A DNA stretch of 59,963 nucleotides, counting the filler, from Isurus oxyrinchus (Eukaryota): NCBI GenBank assembly GCA_026770705.1. It is 2 parts of 2 records of this genome, joined end to end, with 100 filler letters (N's around TTAATTAATTAA, not from the genome) between each part and the next. Parts side by side here need not be neighbours in the genome. Positions count along the whole stretch, not along the records: positions 1 to 29,569 come from JANJGN010000163.1; 1 more part is not named here. The stretch is one strand, 5' to 3'. Each line of letters starts with the position of its first letter. Position 1 is the stretch's first letter. Shown in pieces: positions 12,781 through 24,977 of this stretch. Both the position numbers and the translations under genes were made by a program. Under the pieces are notes generated by a model. That model had not been told where the DNA came from. It did no database searches and was given only the letters and a program-made list of their open reading frames with translations.

Positions 12781-15700
12781 ACTGGAGGGGAGAGCTGTCT
12801 TGTAAATGAGTGATTGAAGGGTAGAGCTGTCTTGTCAATCAGTGACTGAATGGTAGCGATGTCTTGTCAATCAGTGACTGAATGGTAGCGATGTCTTGTC
12901 AATCAGCGACTGAATGGTAGAGATGTCTTGTCAATGAGTGACTGAATGGTAGAGCTGTATTGTCAATGAGTGACTGAATGGTAGAGCTGTCTTGTCAATG
13001 AGTGACTGAAGGGTAGAGCTGTCTTGTCAATGAGTAACTGAAGGGTAGAGATGTCTTGTCAATCAGTGACTGAATGGTAGAGCTGTCTTGTCAATGAGTG
13101 ACTGAATAGTAGAGCTGCCTTGTCAATGAGTAACTGAAAAATAGAGCTGTCTTGTCAATCAGTGACTGAACGGTAGAGGTGTCTTGTCAATGAGTGACTG
13201 AAGGGTAGAGCTGTCTTGTCAATCAGTGACTGAATGGTAGTGATGTCTTGTCAATCAGTGACTGAATGGTAGCGATGTCATGTCAATGAGTGACTGAATG
13301 GTAGAGCTGTCTTGTCAATGAGTGACTGAATGGTAGAGCTGTCTTGTCAATGAGTGACTGAAGGGTAGAGCTGTCTTGTCAATGAGTAACTGAAGGGTAG
13401 AGCTGTCTTGTCAATGAGTGACTGAAGGGTAGAGCTGTCTTGTCAATGAGTAACTGAAGGGTAGAGCTGTCTTGTCAATGAGTGACTGAAGGGTAGAGCT
13501 GTCTTGTCAATGAGTAACTGAAGGGTAGAGCTGTCTTGTCAATCACTGACTGAAGGGTTGAGCTGTCTTGTCAATGAGTGACTGAAGGGTAGATCTGTCT
13601 TGTCAATGAGTGACTGAAGGGTAGAGCTGTCTTGTCAATGAGTGACTGAAGGTTAGAGCTGTCTTGTCAATGACTGAATGAAGGGTAGAGCTGTCTTGTC
13701 AATGAGTGACTGAAGGTAGAGCTGTTTTGTCAATGAGTGACTGAAGGGTACAGCTGTCTTGTCAATGAGTGACTGAAGGGTAGAACTGTCTTGTCAATGA
13801 GTGACTGAAGGGTAGAGCTGTCTTGTCCATGAGTGACTGAAGGGTAGAGCTGTCTTGTCGATGAGTGACTGAGGAGTAGAGCTGTCTTGTCAATGAGTGA
13901 CTGAAGGGTAGAGCTGTCTGGTCAATCAGTGACTGAAGGGTAGAGATATCTTGTCAATGAGTGACTGAAGGGTAGAGCTGTCTTGTCAATGAGTGACTGA
14001 AGGGTAGAGCTGTCTTGTCAATGAGTAACTGAAGGGTAGTGCTGTCTTGTCAATGAGTGACTGAAAGGTAGAGCTGTCCTGTCAATCAGTGACTGAAAGG
14101 TAGAGCTGTCTTGTCAATGAGTGACTGAAGGGTAGAACTGTCTTGTCAATGATTGACTGAAGGGTAGAGCTGTCTTGTCAATGAGTAAATGAAGGGTAGA
14201 GATGTCTTGTCAATGACTACCTGAATGGTAGAGCTGTCTTGTCAATGTGTAACTGAAGGGTAGAGCTGTCTTGTCAATGAGTGACTGAAGGTTAGAGCTG
14301 TCTTGTCAATGAGTGACTGCAGGTTAGAGCTGTCTTGTCAATGAGTGACTGTAGGGTAGAGCTGTCTTGTCAATGAGTGACTGAAGGGTAGTGCTGTCTT
14401 GTCAATGAGTGACTGAAGGGTAGAGATGTCTTGTCAATGAGTGACTGAAGGGTAGAGCTCTCTTGTCAATGAATGACTGAAGGGTAGAGCTGTCTTGTCA
14501 ATGAGTTACTGAAGGGTAGAGCTGTCTTGTCAATGAGTGACTGAAGGGTAGAGCTGTCTTGTGAATCAGTGACTGAAGGGTAGAGATATCTTGTCAATGA
14601 GTGACTGAATGTTAGAGCTGTCTTGTCAATGAGTGACTGAAGGGTAGAGCTGTCTTGTCAATGAGTGACTGAAGGGTAGAGCTGTCTTGTCAATGAGTAA
14701 CTGAAGGGTAGTGCTGTCTTGTCAATGAGTGACTGAAAGGTAGAGCTGTCTTGTCAATGAGTGACTGAAGGGTAGAGCTGTCTTGTCAATGAGTGACTGA
14801 AGGGTAGAGCTGTCTTGTCAATGAGTGACTGAAGGGTAGTGCTGTCTTGTCAATGAGTGACTGAAGGGTAGAGCTGTCTTGTCAATCAGTGACTGAAGGG
14901 TAGAGCTGTCTTGTCAATGAGTGACTGAAGGGTAGAGCTGTCTTGTCAATGAGTGACTGAAGGGTAGAGCTGTCTTGTCAATGAGTGACTGAAGGGTAGA
15001 GATGTCTTTTCAATGAGTGACTGAAGGGTAGAGCTGTCTTGTCAATGAGTGACTGAAGGGTAGAGCTGTCGTGTCAATGAGTGACTGAAGGGTAGTGCTG
15101 TCTTGTCAATGAGTGACTGAAGGGTAGAGCTGTCTTGTCAATGAATGACTGAAGGGTAGAACTGTCTTGTCAATGAGTGACTGAAGGGTAGACCTGTCTT
15201 GTCAATGAGTGAATGAAGGGTAGAGCTGTCTTGTCAATCAGTGACTGAAGGGTAGATCTGTCTTGTCAATGAGTGACTGAATGGTAGAGCTGTCTTGTCA
15301 ATGAGTGACTGAAGGGTAGAGGTGTCTTGTCAATGAGTGACTGAAGGGTAGATCTGTCTTGTCAATGAGTGACTGAAGGGTAGAGCTGTCTTGTCAATGA
15401 GTGACTGAAGGGTAGAGCTGTCTTGTCAATGAGTGACTGAAGGGTAGACCTGTCTTGTCAATGAGTGACTGAAGGGTAGAGCTGTCTTGTCAATGAGTGA
15501 CTGAAGGGTAGAGCTGTCTTGTCAATGAGTGACTGAAGGCAAGAGATGTCTTGTCAATGAGTGACTGAAGGGTAGAGCTGTCTTGTCAATGAGTAAATGA
15601 AGGGTAGAGATGTCTTGTCAATGATTAACTGAATGGTAGAGCTGTCTTGTCAATGAGTGACTGAAGGGTAGAGATGTCTTGTCAATGAGTGACTGAAGGG

Positions 15701-18405
15701 TAGAGCTGTCTTGTCAATGAGTGACTGAAGTGTACAGCTGTCTTGTCAATGAGTGACTGAAGGGTAGAGCTGTCTTGTCCATGAGTGACTGAAGGGTAGA
15801 GCTGTCTTGTCAATGAGTGACTGAAGGGTAGAGCTGTCTTGTCAATGAGTGACTGAAGGGTAGAGCTGTCTTGTGAATCAGTGACTGAAGGGTAGAGATA
15901 TCTTGTCAATGAGTGACTGAAGGGTAGAGCTGTCTTGTCAATGAGTGACTGTAGGGTAGAGCTGTCTTGTCAATGAGTGACTGAAGGGTAGAGCTGTCTT
16001 GTCAATGAGTAACTGAAGGGTAGTGCTGTCTTGTCAATGAGTGACTGAAAGGTAGAGCTGTCTTGTCAATCAGTGACTGAAGGGTAGAGCTGTCTTGTCA
16101 ATGAGTGACTGAAGGGTAGATCTGTCTTGTCAATGAGTGACTGAAGGGTAGAGCTGTCTTGTCAATGAGTGACTGAAGGGTAGTGCTGTCTTGTCAATGA
16201 GTGACTGAAGGGTAGAGCTGTCTTGTCAATCAGTGACTGAAGGGTAGAGCTGTCTTGTCAATGAGTGACTGAAGGGTAGAACTGTCTTGTCAATGAGTGA
16301 CTGAAGGGTAGAGCTGTCTTGTCAATGAGTGACTGAAGGGTAGAGATGTCTTTTCAATGAGTGACTGAAGGGTAAAGCTGTCTTGTCAATGAGTGACTGA
16401 AGGGTAGAGCTGTCTTTTCAATGAGTGACTGAAGGGTAGATCTGTCTTGTCAATGAGTGACTGAAGGGTAGAGCTGTCGTGTCAATGAGTGACTGAAGGG
16501 TAGTGCTGTCTTGTCAATGAGTGACTGAAGGGTAGAGCTGTCTTGTCAATGAGTGACTTAAGGGTAGAGCTGTCTTGTCAATGAGTGACTGAAGGGTAGA
16601 CCTCTCTTGTCAATGAGTGACTGAAGGGTAGAGCTGTCTTGTCAATGAATGACTGAAGGGTAGAACTGTCTTGTCAATGAGTGACTGAAGGGTAGACCTG
16701 TCTTGTCAATGAGTGAATGAAGGGTAGAGCTGTCTTGTCAATCAGTGACTGAAGGGTAGAGTTGTGTTGTCAATGAGTGACTGAATGGTAGAGCTGTCTT
16801 GTCAATGAGTGACTGAAGGGTAGAGGTGTCTTGTCAATGAGTGACTGAAGGGTAGATCTGTCTTGTCAATGAGTGACTGAAGGGTAGAGCTGTCTTGTCA
16901 ATGAGTGACTGAAGGGTAGAGCTGTCTTGTCAATGAGTGACTGAAGGGTAGAGCTGTCTTGTCAATGAGTGACTGAAGGGTAGAGCTGTCTTGTCAATGA
17001 GTGACTGAAGGGTAGAGCTGTCTTGTCAATGAGTGACTGAAGGGTAGAGCTGTCTTGTCATTGAGTGACTGAATGGTAGAGCTGTCTTGTCAATGAGTGA
17101 CTGAAGGGTAGAGCTGTCTTGTGAATGAGTGACTGAAGGGTAGAGCTGTCTTGTCCATTAGTGACTGAAGGGTAGAACTGTCTTGTCAATGAGTGACTGA
17201 AGGGTAGAGCTTTCTTGTCAATGAGTGACTGAAGGGTAGAGCTGTCTTGTCAATGAGTGACTGAAGGGTAGAGCTGTCTTGTCAATGAGTGACTGAAGGG
17301 TAGACCTCTCTTGTCAATGAGTGACTGAAGTGTAGACCTGTCTTGTCAATGAGTGACTGAATGGTAGATGTGTCTTGTCAATGAGTGACTGAAGGGTAGA
17401 GCTGTCTTGTCAATGAGTGACTGAAGGGTAGAGCTCTCTTGTCAATGAGTGACTGAAGGGTACATCTGGCTTGTCAATGAGTGACTGAAGGGTAGAGCTC
17501 TCTTGTCAATGAGTGACTGAAGGGTAGATCTGCTTGTCAATGAGTGACTGAAGGGTAGAGCTGTCTTGTCAATGAGTGACTGAAGGGTAGAGCTGTCTTG
17601 TCAATGAGTGACTGAAGGGTAGTGCTGTCTTGTCAATGAGTGACTGAAGGGTAGAGCTGTCTTGTCAATGAGTGACTGAAGGGTAGAGCTGTCTTGTCAA
17701 TGAGTGACTGAAGGGTAGAGCTGTCTTGTCAATGAGTGACTGAAGGGTAGAGCTGTCTTGTCAATGAGTGACTGAAGGGTAGAGCTGTCTTGTCAATGAG
17801 TGACTGAAGGGTAGAGCTGTCTTGTCATTGAGTGACTGAATGGTAGAGCTGTCTTGTCAATGAGTGACTGAAGGGTAGAGCTGTCTTGTGAATGAGTGAC
17901 TGAAGGGTAGAGCTGTCTTGTCCATTAGTGACTGAAGGGTAGAACTGTCTTGTCAATGAGTGAGTGAAGGGTAGAGCTTTCTTGTCAATGAGTGACTGAA
18001 GGGTAGAGCTGTCTTGTCAATGAGTGACTGAAGGGTAGAGCTGTCTTGTCAATGAGTGACTGAAGGGTAGACCTCTCTTGTCAATGAGTGACTGAAGGGT
18101 AGACCTGTCTTGTCAATGAGTGACTGAATGGTAGATGTGTCTTGTCAATGAGTGACTGAAGGGTAGAGCTGTCTTGTCAATGAGTGACTGAAGGGTAGAG
18201 CTCTCTTGTCAATGAGTGACTGAAGGGTACATCTGGCTTGTCAATGAGTGACTGAAGGGTAGAGCTCTCTTGTCAATGAGTGACTGAAGGGTAGATCTGC
18301 TTGTCAATGAGTGACTGAAGGGTAGAGCTGTCTTGTCAATGAGTGACTGAAGGGTAGAGCTGTCTTGTCAATGAGTGACTGAAGGGTAGAGCTCTCTTGT
18401 CAGTC
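12781..18405. repeat. 32-bp minisatellite, about 175 copies (TCTTGTCAATGAGTGACTGAAGGGTAGAGCTG)
   Basis: Head-to-tail units with scattered substitutions and no unique spacers. Confidence 0.97.
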
Positions 18406-19126
18406 ATTGAAGGGATTCTTCAGACTTTAGTTGTTCTGGAGCCACATGTGACTGCCGGCCCAGGGAAATCTGGCTGGCTCTTTAACTGCCCTGAAATGGC
18501 GCCGGAAATCATGGTTTATCCCATCCATCTTTATAATGGACTGGAGAGGTTAGTGGAGCTGCTCAATGACACACTCTCAAGGACAATTGGATGTTGGAGT
18601 TGGCAGCGATGGGTAGTCCCTATAAATAATAAACCAACAGAACACATTATTGTGCTCATCAGTGCCTGAAATAGATCTTATTTTTGTCTTGAGCTGACAT
18701 TTGGATTGATATCTGTCTGTATATTATTATTATTGATGGGCCATCAGCATTGTCACCTGTACCAATCCATCTCTCCTCACCTGCTCATCCCCTAAAGAGC
18801 TCCTATTTCATTGTGCAGTTGTTATTTTTTTATCCAATTCAGCTCCCTCAACTCGGCCAGGCAGATAATTCCAGATCACAACATCTCCCTGCGTAGAAAA
18901 GAAACTCTCCTTCTGCGCTCTCTTCAGCTTTTGCTAATTCCCTTCACTCTATGGACTCTATTGTTTATAGACGACACGCTCGGCGGATTGACTCTCCTTA
19001 TCACCTCTATCCAATCACTCCTGACAGTAGCTAACTGTGATAATATCGCCCCGCCTATCCTACTGTCCTGTATAATTGTGTAAACGTACCGACAGAAGCA
19101 ATGTGGGGGAGGCTGGTTTCTCAGAC

Positions 19127-19136
19127 AGTGACGTTT
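19127..19136 (+). promoter_or_regulatory. CRE-like motif (AGTGACGTTT) upstream of the V leader
   Basis: Lies 130 bp before ATG 19257 and partly matches the conserved TCR V-beta promoter decamer AGTGAYRTCA. Confidence 0.45.
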
Positions 19137-19256
19137 GCACCATAATAACCAGCAGATGCTCCGAGTGTAACCAGTCCCAGCAGAGACGCTGCCCTCACTC
19201 GGGTTATTGGGCTACACTCCGTTCACACATCGACCTGGGTGTCGAAGGAATAGATC

Positions 19257-19305
19257 ATGTTTCCTGGAGTTTACTCCCTCATCTCGGTGGCTGCGATTTT
19301 GCCAC
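19257..19305 (+). CDS. TRBV: Leader exon of TCR V-beta-like segment 1
   Basis: 49 nt (typical V leader exon size) encoding hydrophobic MFPGVYSLISVAAILP+C, then a GTATGT donor (phase 1). Splices in frame to 23668 (...LPRILA/SYVEQ). Confidence 0.75.
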
Positions 19306-19469
19306 GTATGTCAAAGTTCACCAGGTTGTGGGTGGGCTTGGGAGGGGGGTTGGGGGGGTAATTGTTTCTGATACTGAGTTGTGATTTAGTCGGTAGAAAC
19401 TCTCACATCTGAGTGAGCAGGTGAGAGGAAGGAGATTCACTCCAGACGGTTTGAGTTTGTAGCCAAGTC

Positions 19470-22400
19470 TGGAAACTCCATGTGTCACTACTGAACTCTC
19501 CATGTGTCACTACTGAACTCTCCATGTGTCACTACTGAACTCTCTATGTTTCACTACTGAAATCTCCATGTGTCACTACTGAACTCTCCATGTGTCACTA
19601 CTGAACTCTCCATGTGTCACTACTGGAAACTCCATGTATCACTACTGAACTCTCCATGTGTCACTACTGAACTCTCTATGTTTCACTACTGAAATCTCCA
19701 TGTGTCACTACTGGACACTCCATGTGTCACTACTGAACTCTCCATGTGTCACTACTGGAAACTCCTAGTATCACTACTGAACTCTCCATGTGTCACTATT
19801 GAACTCTCCATGTGTCACTACTGAACTCTCCATGTGTCACTACTGGACACTCCATGTGACACTACTGAACTCTCCACGTGTCACTACTGAACTCTCCATG
19901 TGTCACTATTGAACTCCCCATGTGTCACTACTGAACTCTCCATGTATCACTACTGAACTCTCCATGTGTCACTATTCAACTCTCCATGTGTCACTACTGA
20001 ACTCTCCATGTGTCACGACTGAACTCTCCATGTGTCACTACTGAACTCTCCATGTGTCACTACTGGACACTCCATGTGTCACTACTGGACACTCCATCTG
20101 TCACTACTGAACTCTCCATGTGTCACTACTGAACTCTCCATGTGTCACTACAGAACTCTCCATGTGTCACAACTGGACACTCCATGTGTCACTACTGAAC
20201 TCTCCATGTGTCACTACTGAACTCTCCATGTGTCACTACTGAACTCTCCATGTGTCACTACTTGACACTCCATGTGTCACTACTGAACTCTCCATGTGTC
20301 ACTACTGGACACTCCTTGTGTCACTACTGAACTCTCCATGTGTCACTACTCGACACTCCATGTATCACTACTGAACGCTCCATGTGTCACTACTGGACAC
20401 TCCATGTGTCACGACTGGACACTCCATGTGTCACTACTGAACTCTCCATGTGTCACTACTGGACATTCCATGTGTCACTAATGAACTCTCCATGTGTCAC
20501 TACTGGACACTCCACGTGTCACTACTAGACACTCCATGTGTCACTACTGGACATTCCATGAGTCACTACTGAACTCTCCATGTGTCACTACTGAACTCTC
20601 CATGTGTCACTACTGGACACTCCATGTGTCACTACTAGATACTCCATGTGTCACTACAGGACACTCCATGTGTCACTACTGGACATTCCATGTGTCACTA
20701 CTGAACTCTCCATGTGTCACTACTGAACTCTCCATGTGTCACTACTCGACACTAAATGTGTCACTACTGAACTCTCCATGTATTGCTACTGAACTCTCCA
20801 TGTGTCACTACTGAACTCTCCATGTGTCACTACTGGACACTCCATGTGTCACAACTGAACTCTCCATGTGTCACTACTGAACTCTCCAGGTGTCACTACT
20901 CGACACTCCATGTGTCACTACTGAACCCTCCATGTGTCACTACTGAACTCTCCACGTGTCACTACTGGACACTCCATGTGTCACTACTGAACTCCCCATG
21001 TGTCACTACTCGACACTCCATGTGTCACTACTGAACTCTCCATGTGTCACTACTGAACTCTACATGTGTCACTACTGAACTCTCCATGTGTCACTACTGA
21101 ACTCTCCATGTGTCACTACTGGACACACTATGTGTCACTGCTGAACTCTCCATGTGTCACTACTGAACTCTCCATGTGTCACTACTGGACACTCCATGTG
21201 TCACTACTCGACACTCCATGTGTCACTACTGAACCCTCCATGTGTCATTACTGGACACTCCATCTGTCACTACTGAACTCTCCATGTGTCACTACTGGAC
21301 ACTCCATGTGTCACTACTGGACACTCCATGTGTCAGTACTGGACACTCCATGTGTCACAACTGGACACTCCATCTGTCACTACTGAACTCTCCATGGGTC
21401 ACTACTGAACTCTCCATGTGTCACTACTGGCAACTCCATGTGTCACTACTGGACACTACATGTGTCACTACTGGACACTCCATGTGTCACTACTGAACTC
21501 TCCATGTGTCTCTACTCGACACTCCATGTATCACTACTGAACGCTCCATGTGTCACTACCGGACATTCCATGTGTCACTACTGGGCACTCCATGTGTCAC
21601 TACTGAACTCTCCATGTGTCACTACTGGACACTCCATGTGTCACTAACGGACACTCCATGTGTCACTACCGGACATTCCATGTGTCACTACTGGACACTC
21701 CACGTGTCACTACTAGACACTCCACGTGTCACTACTGGACACTCCACGTGTCACTACTGGACTCTCCATGTGTCACTACTGAACTCTCCATGTGTCACTA
21801 CTGGACACTCCATGTCACTACTGAACTCTCCATGCGTCACTACTCGACAATCCATGTATCACTACAGAACGCTCCATGTGTCACTACTGGACAATCCATG
21901 TGTCACTACTGAACTCTCCATGTGTCACTACTGGACATTCAATGTGTCACTACTGAACTCTCCATGTGTCACTACTGGACACTCCATGTGTCACAACTGG
22001 ACACTCCATCTGTCACTACTGAACTCTCCATGTGTCACTACTGAACTCTCCATGTGTCACTACTGGCAACTCCATGTGTCACTACTGGACACTACATGTG
22101 TCACTACTGGACACTCCATGTGTCACTACTGAACTCTCCATGTGTCAGTACTGGACGCTCCATCTGTCACTACTGAACTCTCCATGTGTCTCTACTCGAC
22201 ACTCCATGTATCACTACTGAACGCTCCATGTGTCACTACCGGACATTCCATGTGTCACTACTGGGCACTCCATGTGTCACTACTGAACTCTCCATGTGTC
22301 ACTACTGGACACTCCATGTGTCACTAACGGACACTCCATGTGTCACTACCGGACATTCCATGTGTCACTACTGGACACTCCACGTGTCACTACTAGACAC

Positions 22401-23228
22401 TCCACGTGTCACTACTGAACTCTCCATGTGTCGCTACTGGACACTCTATGTGTCACTACTGAACTCTCCATGTGTCACTACTGGACTCTACATGTGTCAA
22501 TACTCGACACTCCATGTCTCACTACTCGACACTCCATGTGTCACTACTGAACTCTCCATGTGTCACTACTGGACACTCCATGTCACTACTGAACTCTCCA
22601 TGTGTCACTACTCGACAATCCATGTATCACTACAGAACGCTCCATGTGTCACTACTGGACAATCCATGTGTCACTACTGAACTCTCCATGTGTCACTACT
22701 GGACATTCAATGTGTCACTACTGAACTCTCCATGTGTCACTACTGGACACTCCATGTGTCACTACTGGACACTCAACGTGTCACTACGAGACACTCCATG
22801 TGTCACTGCTGGACATTCCATGTGTCACTACTGAACTCTCCATGTGTCACTACTGAACTCTCCATGTATTGCTACTGAACTCTCCATGTGTCACTATTGA
22901 ACTCTCCATGTGTCACTACTGAACTCTCCATGTATCACTACTGGACACTCCATGTGTCACTACTGAACGCTCGATGTGTCACGACTGAACTCTCCATGTG
23001 TCACTACTGGACACTCCATGTGTCACTACTGAACTCTCCATGTGTCACTACTGGACACTGCATGTGCCACTACTGGACACTCCATGTGTCACTACTGGAC
23101 ACTCCATTTGTCACTACTGAACTCTCCATGTGTCACTACTGAACTCTCCATGTGTCACTACTGGACACTCCATGTGTCACTACGCGACACTCCATGTGTC
23201 ACTACTGGACACTCCATGTGTCACTATT
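19470..23228. repeat. 22-bp minisatellite, about 170 copies (CCATGTGTCACTACTG[AACTCT/GACACT])
   Basis: Tandem units with two interspersed main variants, inside the predicted leader-V intron. Confidence 0.97.
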
Positions 23229-23667
23229 ACCGGGAACAACACCCTTCCCGAGTGACCATATCTTTTTGGGGGTGGGGGGGGGGGGGCCGGGTGGGACATG
23301 AGACAGGTCCGTCCCCTCAGCTGTTGGAAAGTGACCCCATAGTCCCTGTTGTTGTTGATGCGGAGGGGGAACAGCAGGGAGCTCCCCTGCGCCCTTTGCA
23401 AATTTCTGAAACCGACCAGCACCCTTTCAGCAAAGAAATAAATCCCCAAATCTATTGCCCCCTAATGGTATTTGCTGTCTGGAATCTTGCTGCCTGCAAA
23501 TTGGCGCTGGCCTTATCCGCAGTGACTGCTCTTTGAGAATAGAAACAGCCTTTGGGTGGGAAGCGCTCTGGAAAAGGCCTGAGGCTTTAATTTGTCTCTT
23601 TCCAGGCACCCCTCCTTCATAGCAGCAGGACTGGAAATGTGAACCTGCTCCATGTTCCACTCCACAG

Positions 23668-23962
23668 GAATTCTGGCCTCTTATGTGGAGCAGTTCCCTT
23701 CTACCGAGTCTCAGTCAGCAGGAGAATCCACAACCCTCGAGTGCACTCTGAGCAGTACTGCATCTCGCTCCATGTCCTGGTACACACAACAGGCAGATCG
23801 GGCAATGGAAGCTCTGTTCTATTCTGCTGGGAAAGATATGGTGACAAATGACACCGCCGACTCTCTGAGCACCAACAGGCCCAGCGATACCCTGTTTACC
23901 CTGGAATTGAGAGGGGCCTCTCTCTCTCATGCCGCTCTCTACGTCTGTGCTTGTAGTTATTG
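23668..23962 (+). CDS. TRBV: T-cell receptor V segment 1 (beta-type), apparently intact germline V exon
   Basis: CCACAG acceptor (phase 1). Ig V framework: VEQFP, TLEC, MSWYTQ, RPSDTLFTLEL, AALYVCACS. Followed directly by a 23-RSS. Beta assignment is from framework resemblance. Confidence 0.85.
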
Positions 23963-24001
23963 CACAGCCAGTGAGAAGGTGGATCCGCAGGCACAAAAAC
24001 C
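23963..24001 (+). other. Recombination signal sequence, 23-bp spacer
   Basis: Heptamer CACAGCC (23963-23969), 23 nt, then consensus nonamer ACAAAAACC (23993-24001). Confidence 0.92.
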
Positions 24002-24029
24002 CGCATTGCATCGGTGGCCGGTTAGGGCA

Positions 24030-24540
24030 CATTTCCACCTCCCCTCCCATCCCATTCCCCATCCCCCTCCTCCCCCCCTCCCCCTCCTCCCCCTCCCCTC
24101 ACCCCCTACCCCTCCTCTATCCTCCCCTCCCCCTCCCCTTGCCCTCCTAACCCTCCCCTCTCCTCCCTCCCCCTCCCCTATCCTCCCCTCCCACTCCCCT
24201 TGCCCCCCTAACACTCCCCTCTCTCCCTTCGCCCTCCCCACCCCCTCTCCCATTCCCCCTCCCCTCGCCCCCCTTCCCCCTGCCGCACCCCTCCCGTCCC
24301 CCTCCCCTCACCACCCCACCCCCTCCCCTCACCCCCCCTCCCTTCGCCCCCCCACCCTTCCCCTCCAACTCTCCCTCCCCTCGCACCCCCTCCCCCCTCC
24401 CCCTTTCTTCTCCCGCTCCCCTCGCCTCCCCTCCCCTCCCCTCACCCCCCTCCCCTCGCCCACACCCTCCCCCTTCACACCTCCACCCCCCTTCCCTCCC
24501 CCCCTCTCCCCCTCCCCCCCCACTCCTCCTCCCCCTTTCC
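24030..24540. repeat. C-rich polypyrimidine low-complexity tract
   Basis: Direct inspection. It produces the spurious Pro-rich extension of ORF 23652-24614. Confidence 0.9.
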
Positions 24541-24977
24541 TGCCAGTCGCCAGCAGTGGATCATCGTTCAGGGCAAGTTTCCTTCCCAACAGGAGCTTGG
24601 AAACCACACAATGAGACAGGGAGTGAATAAGCCCATCGTGTCCAGGCTGCTCCTTCCGGTGCCTGGAGAGAACTGCTCAGTAAATCACACACCCCACCCC
24701 ACCCCCTCCCCCTCCGCCTCCCACCCTCCCCCAACTCGTCCCCCTCCCCACCAACTATCCCCTCCCCACATCCCCAACCTCCTCCCCTTCCCCCTCCCCC
24801 ACTCCCTCCTTGAACCTTCCAACAGTTCCCTCCATAGATCCACTCTTTTATCTTTCTGCAGCTATTCGCCAATCTTGCTCCCAACAGCGGTGCGTTCAAG
24901 GTCACGGAAATCATGACAGGTCCTGGCTCAGAATAGACATTTCCCCTCTCCCTACCACCCCACCCTCCGCTGCTGCG

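Noticed and set aside
20032-23142. Many Cys/His-rich ORFs (MCHY repeats)
   Set aside because: They are translations of the 22-bp satellite cycling through frames.
23963-24614. V domain fused to a proline-rich stalk (ORF 23652-24614)
   Set aside because: This is read-through of a germline V past its RSS into a C-rich tract.
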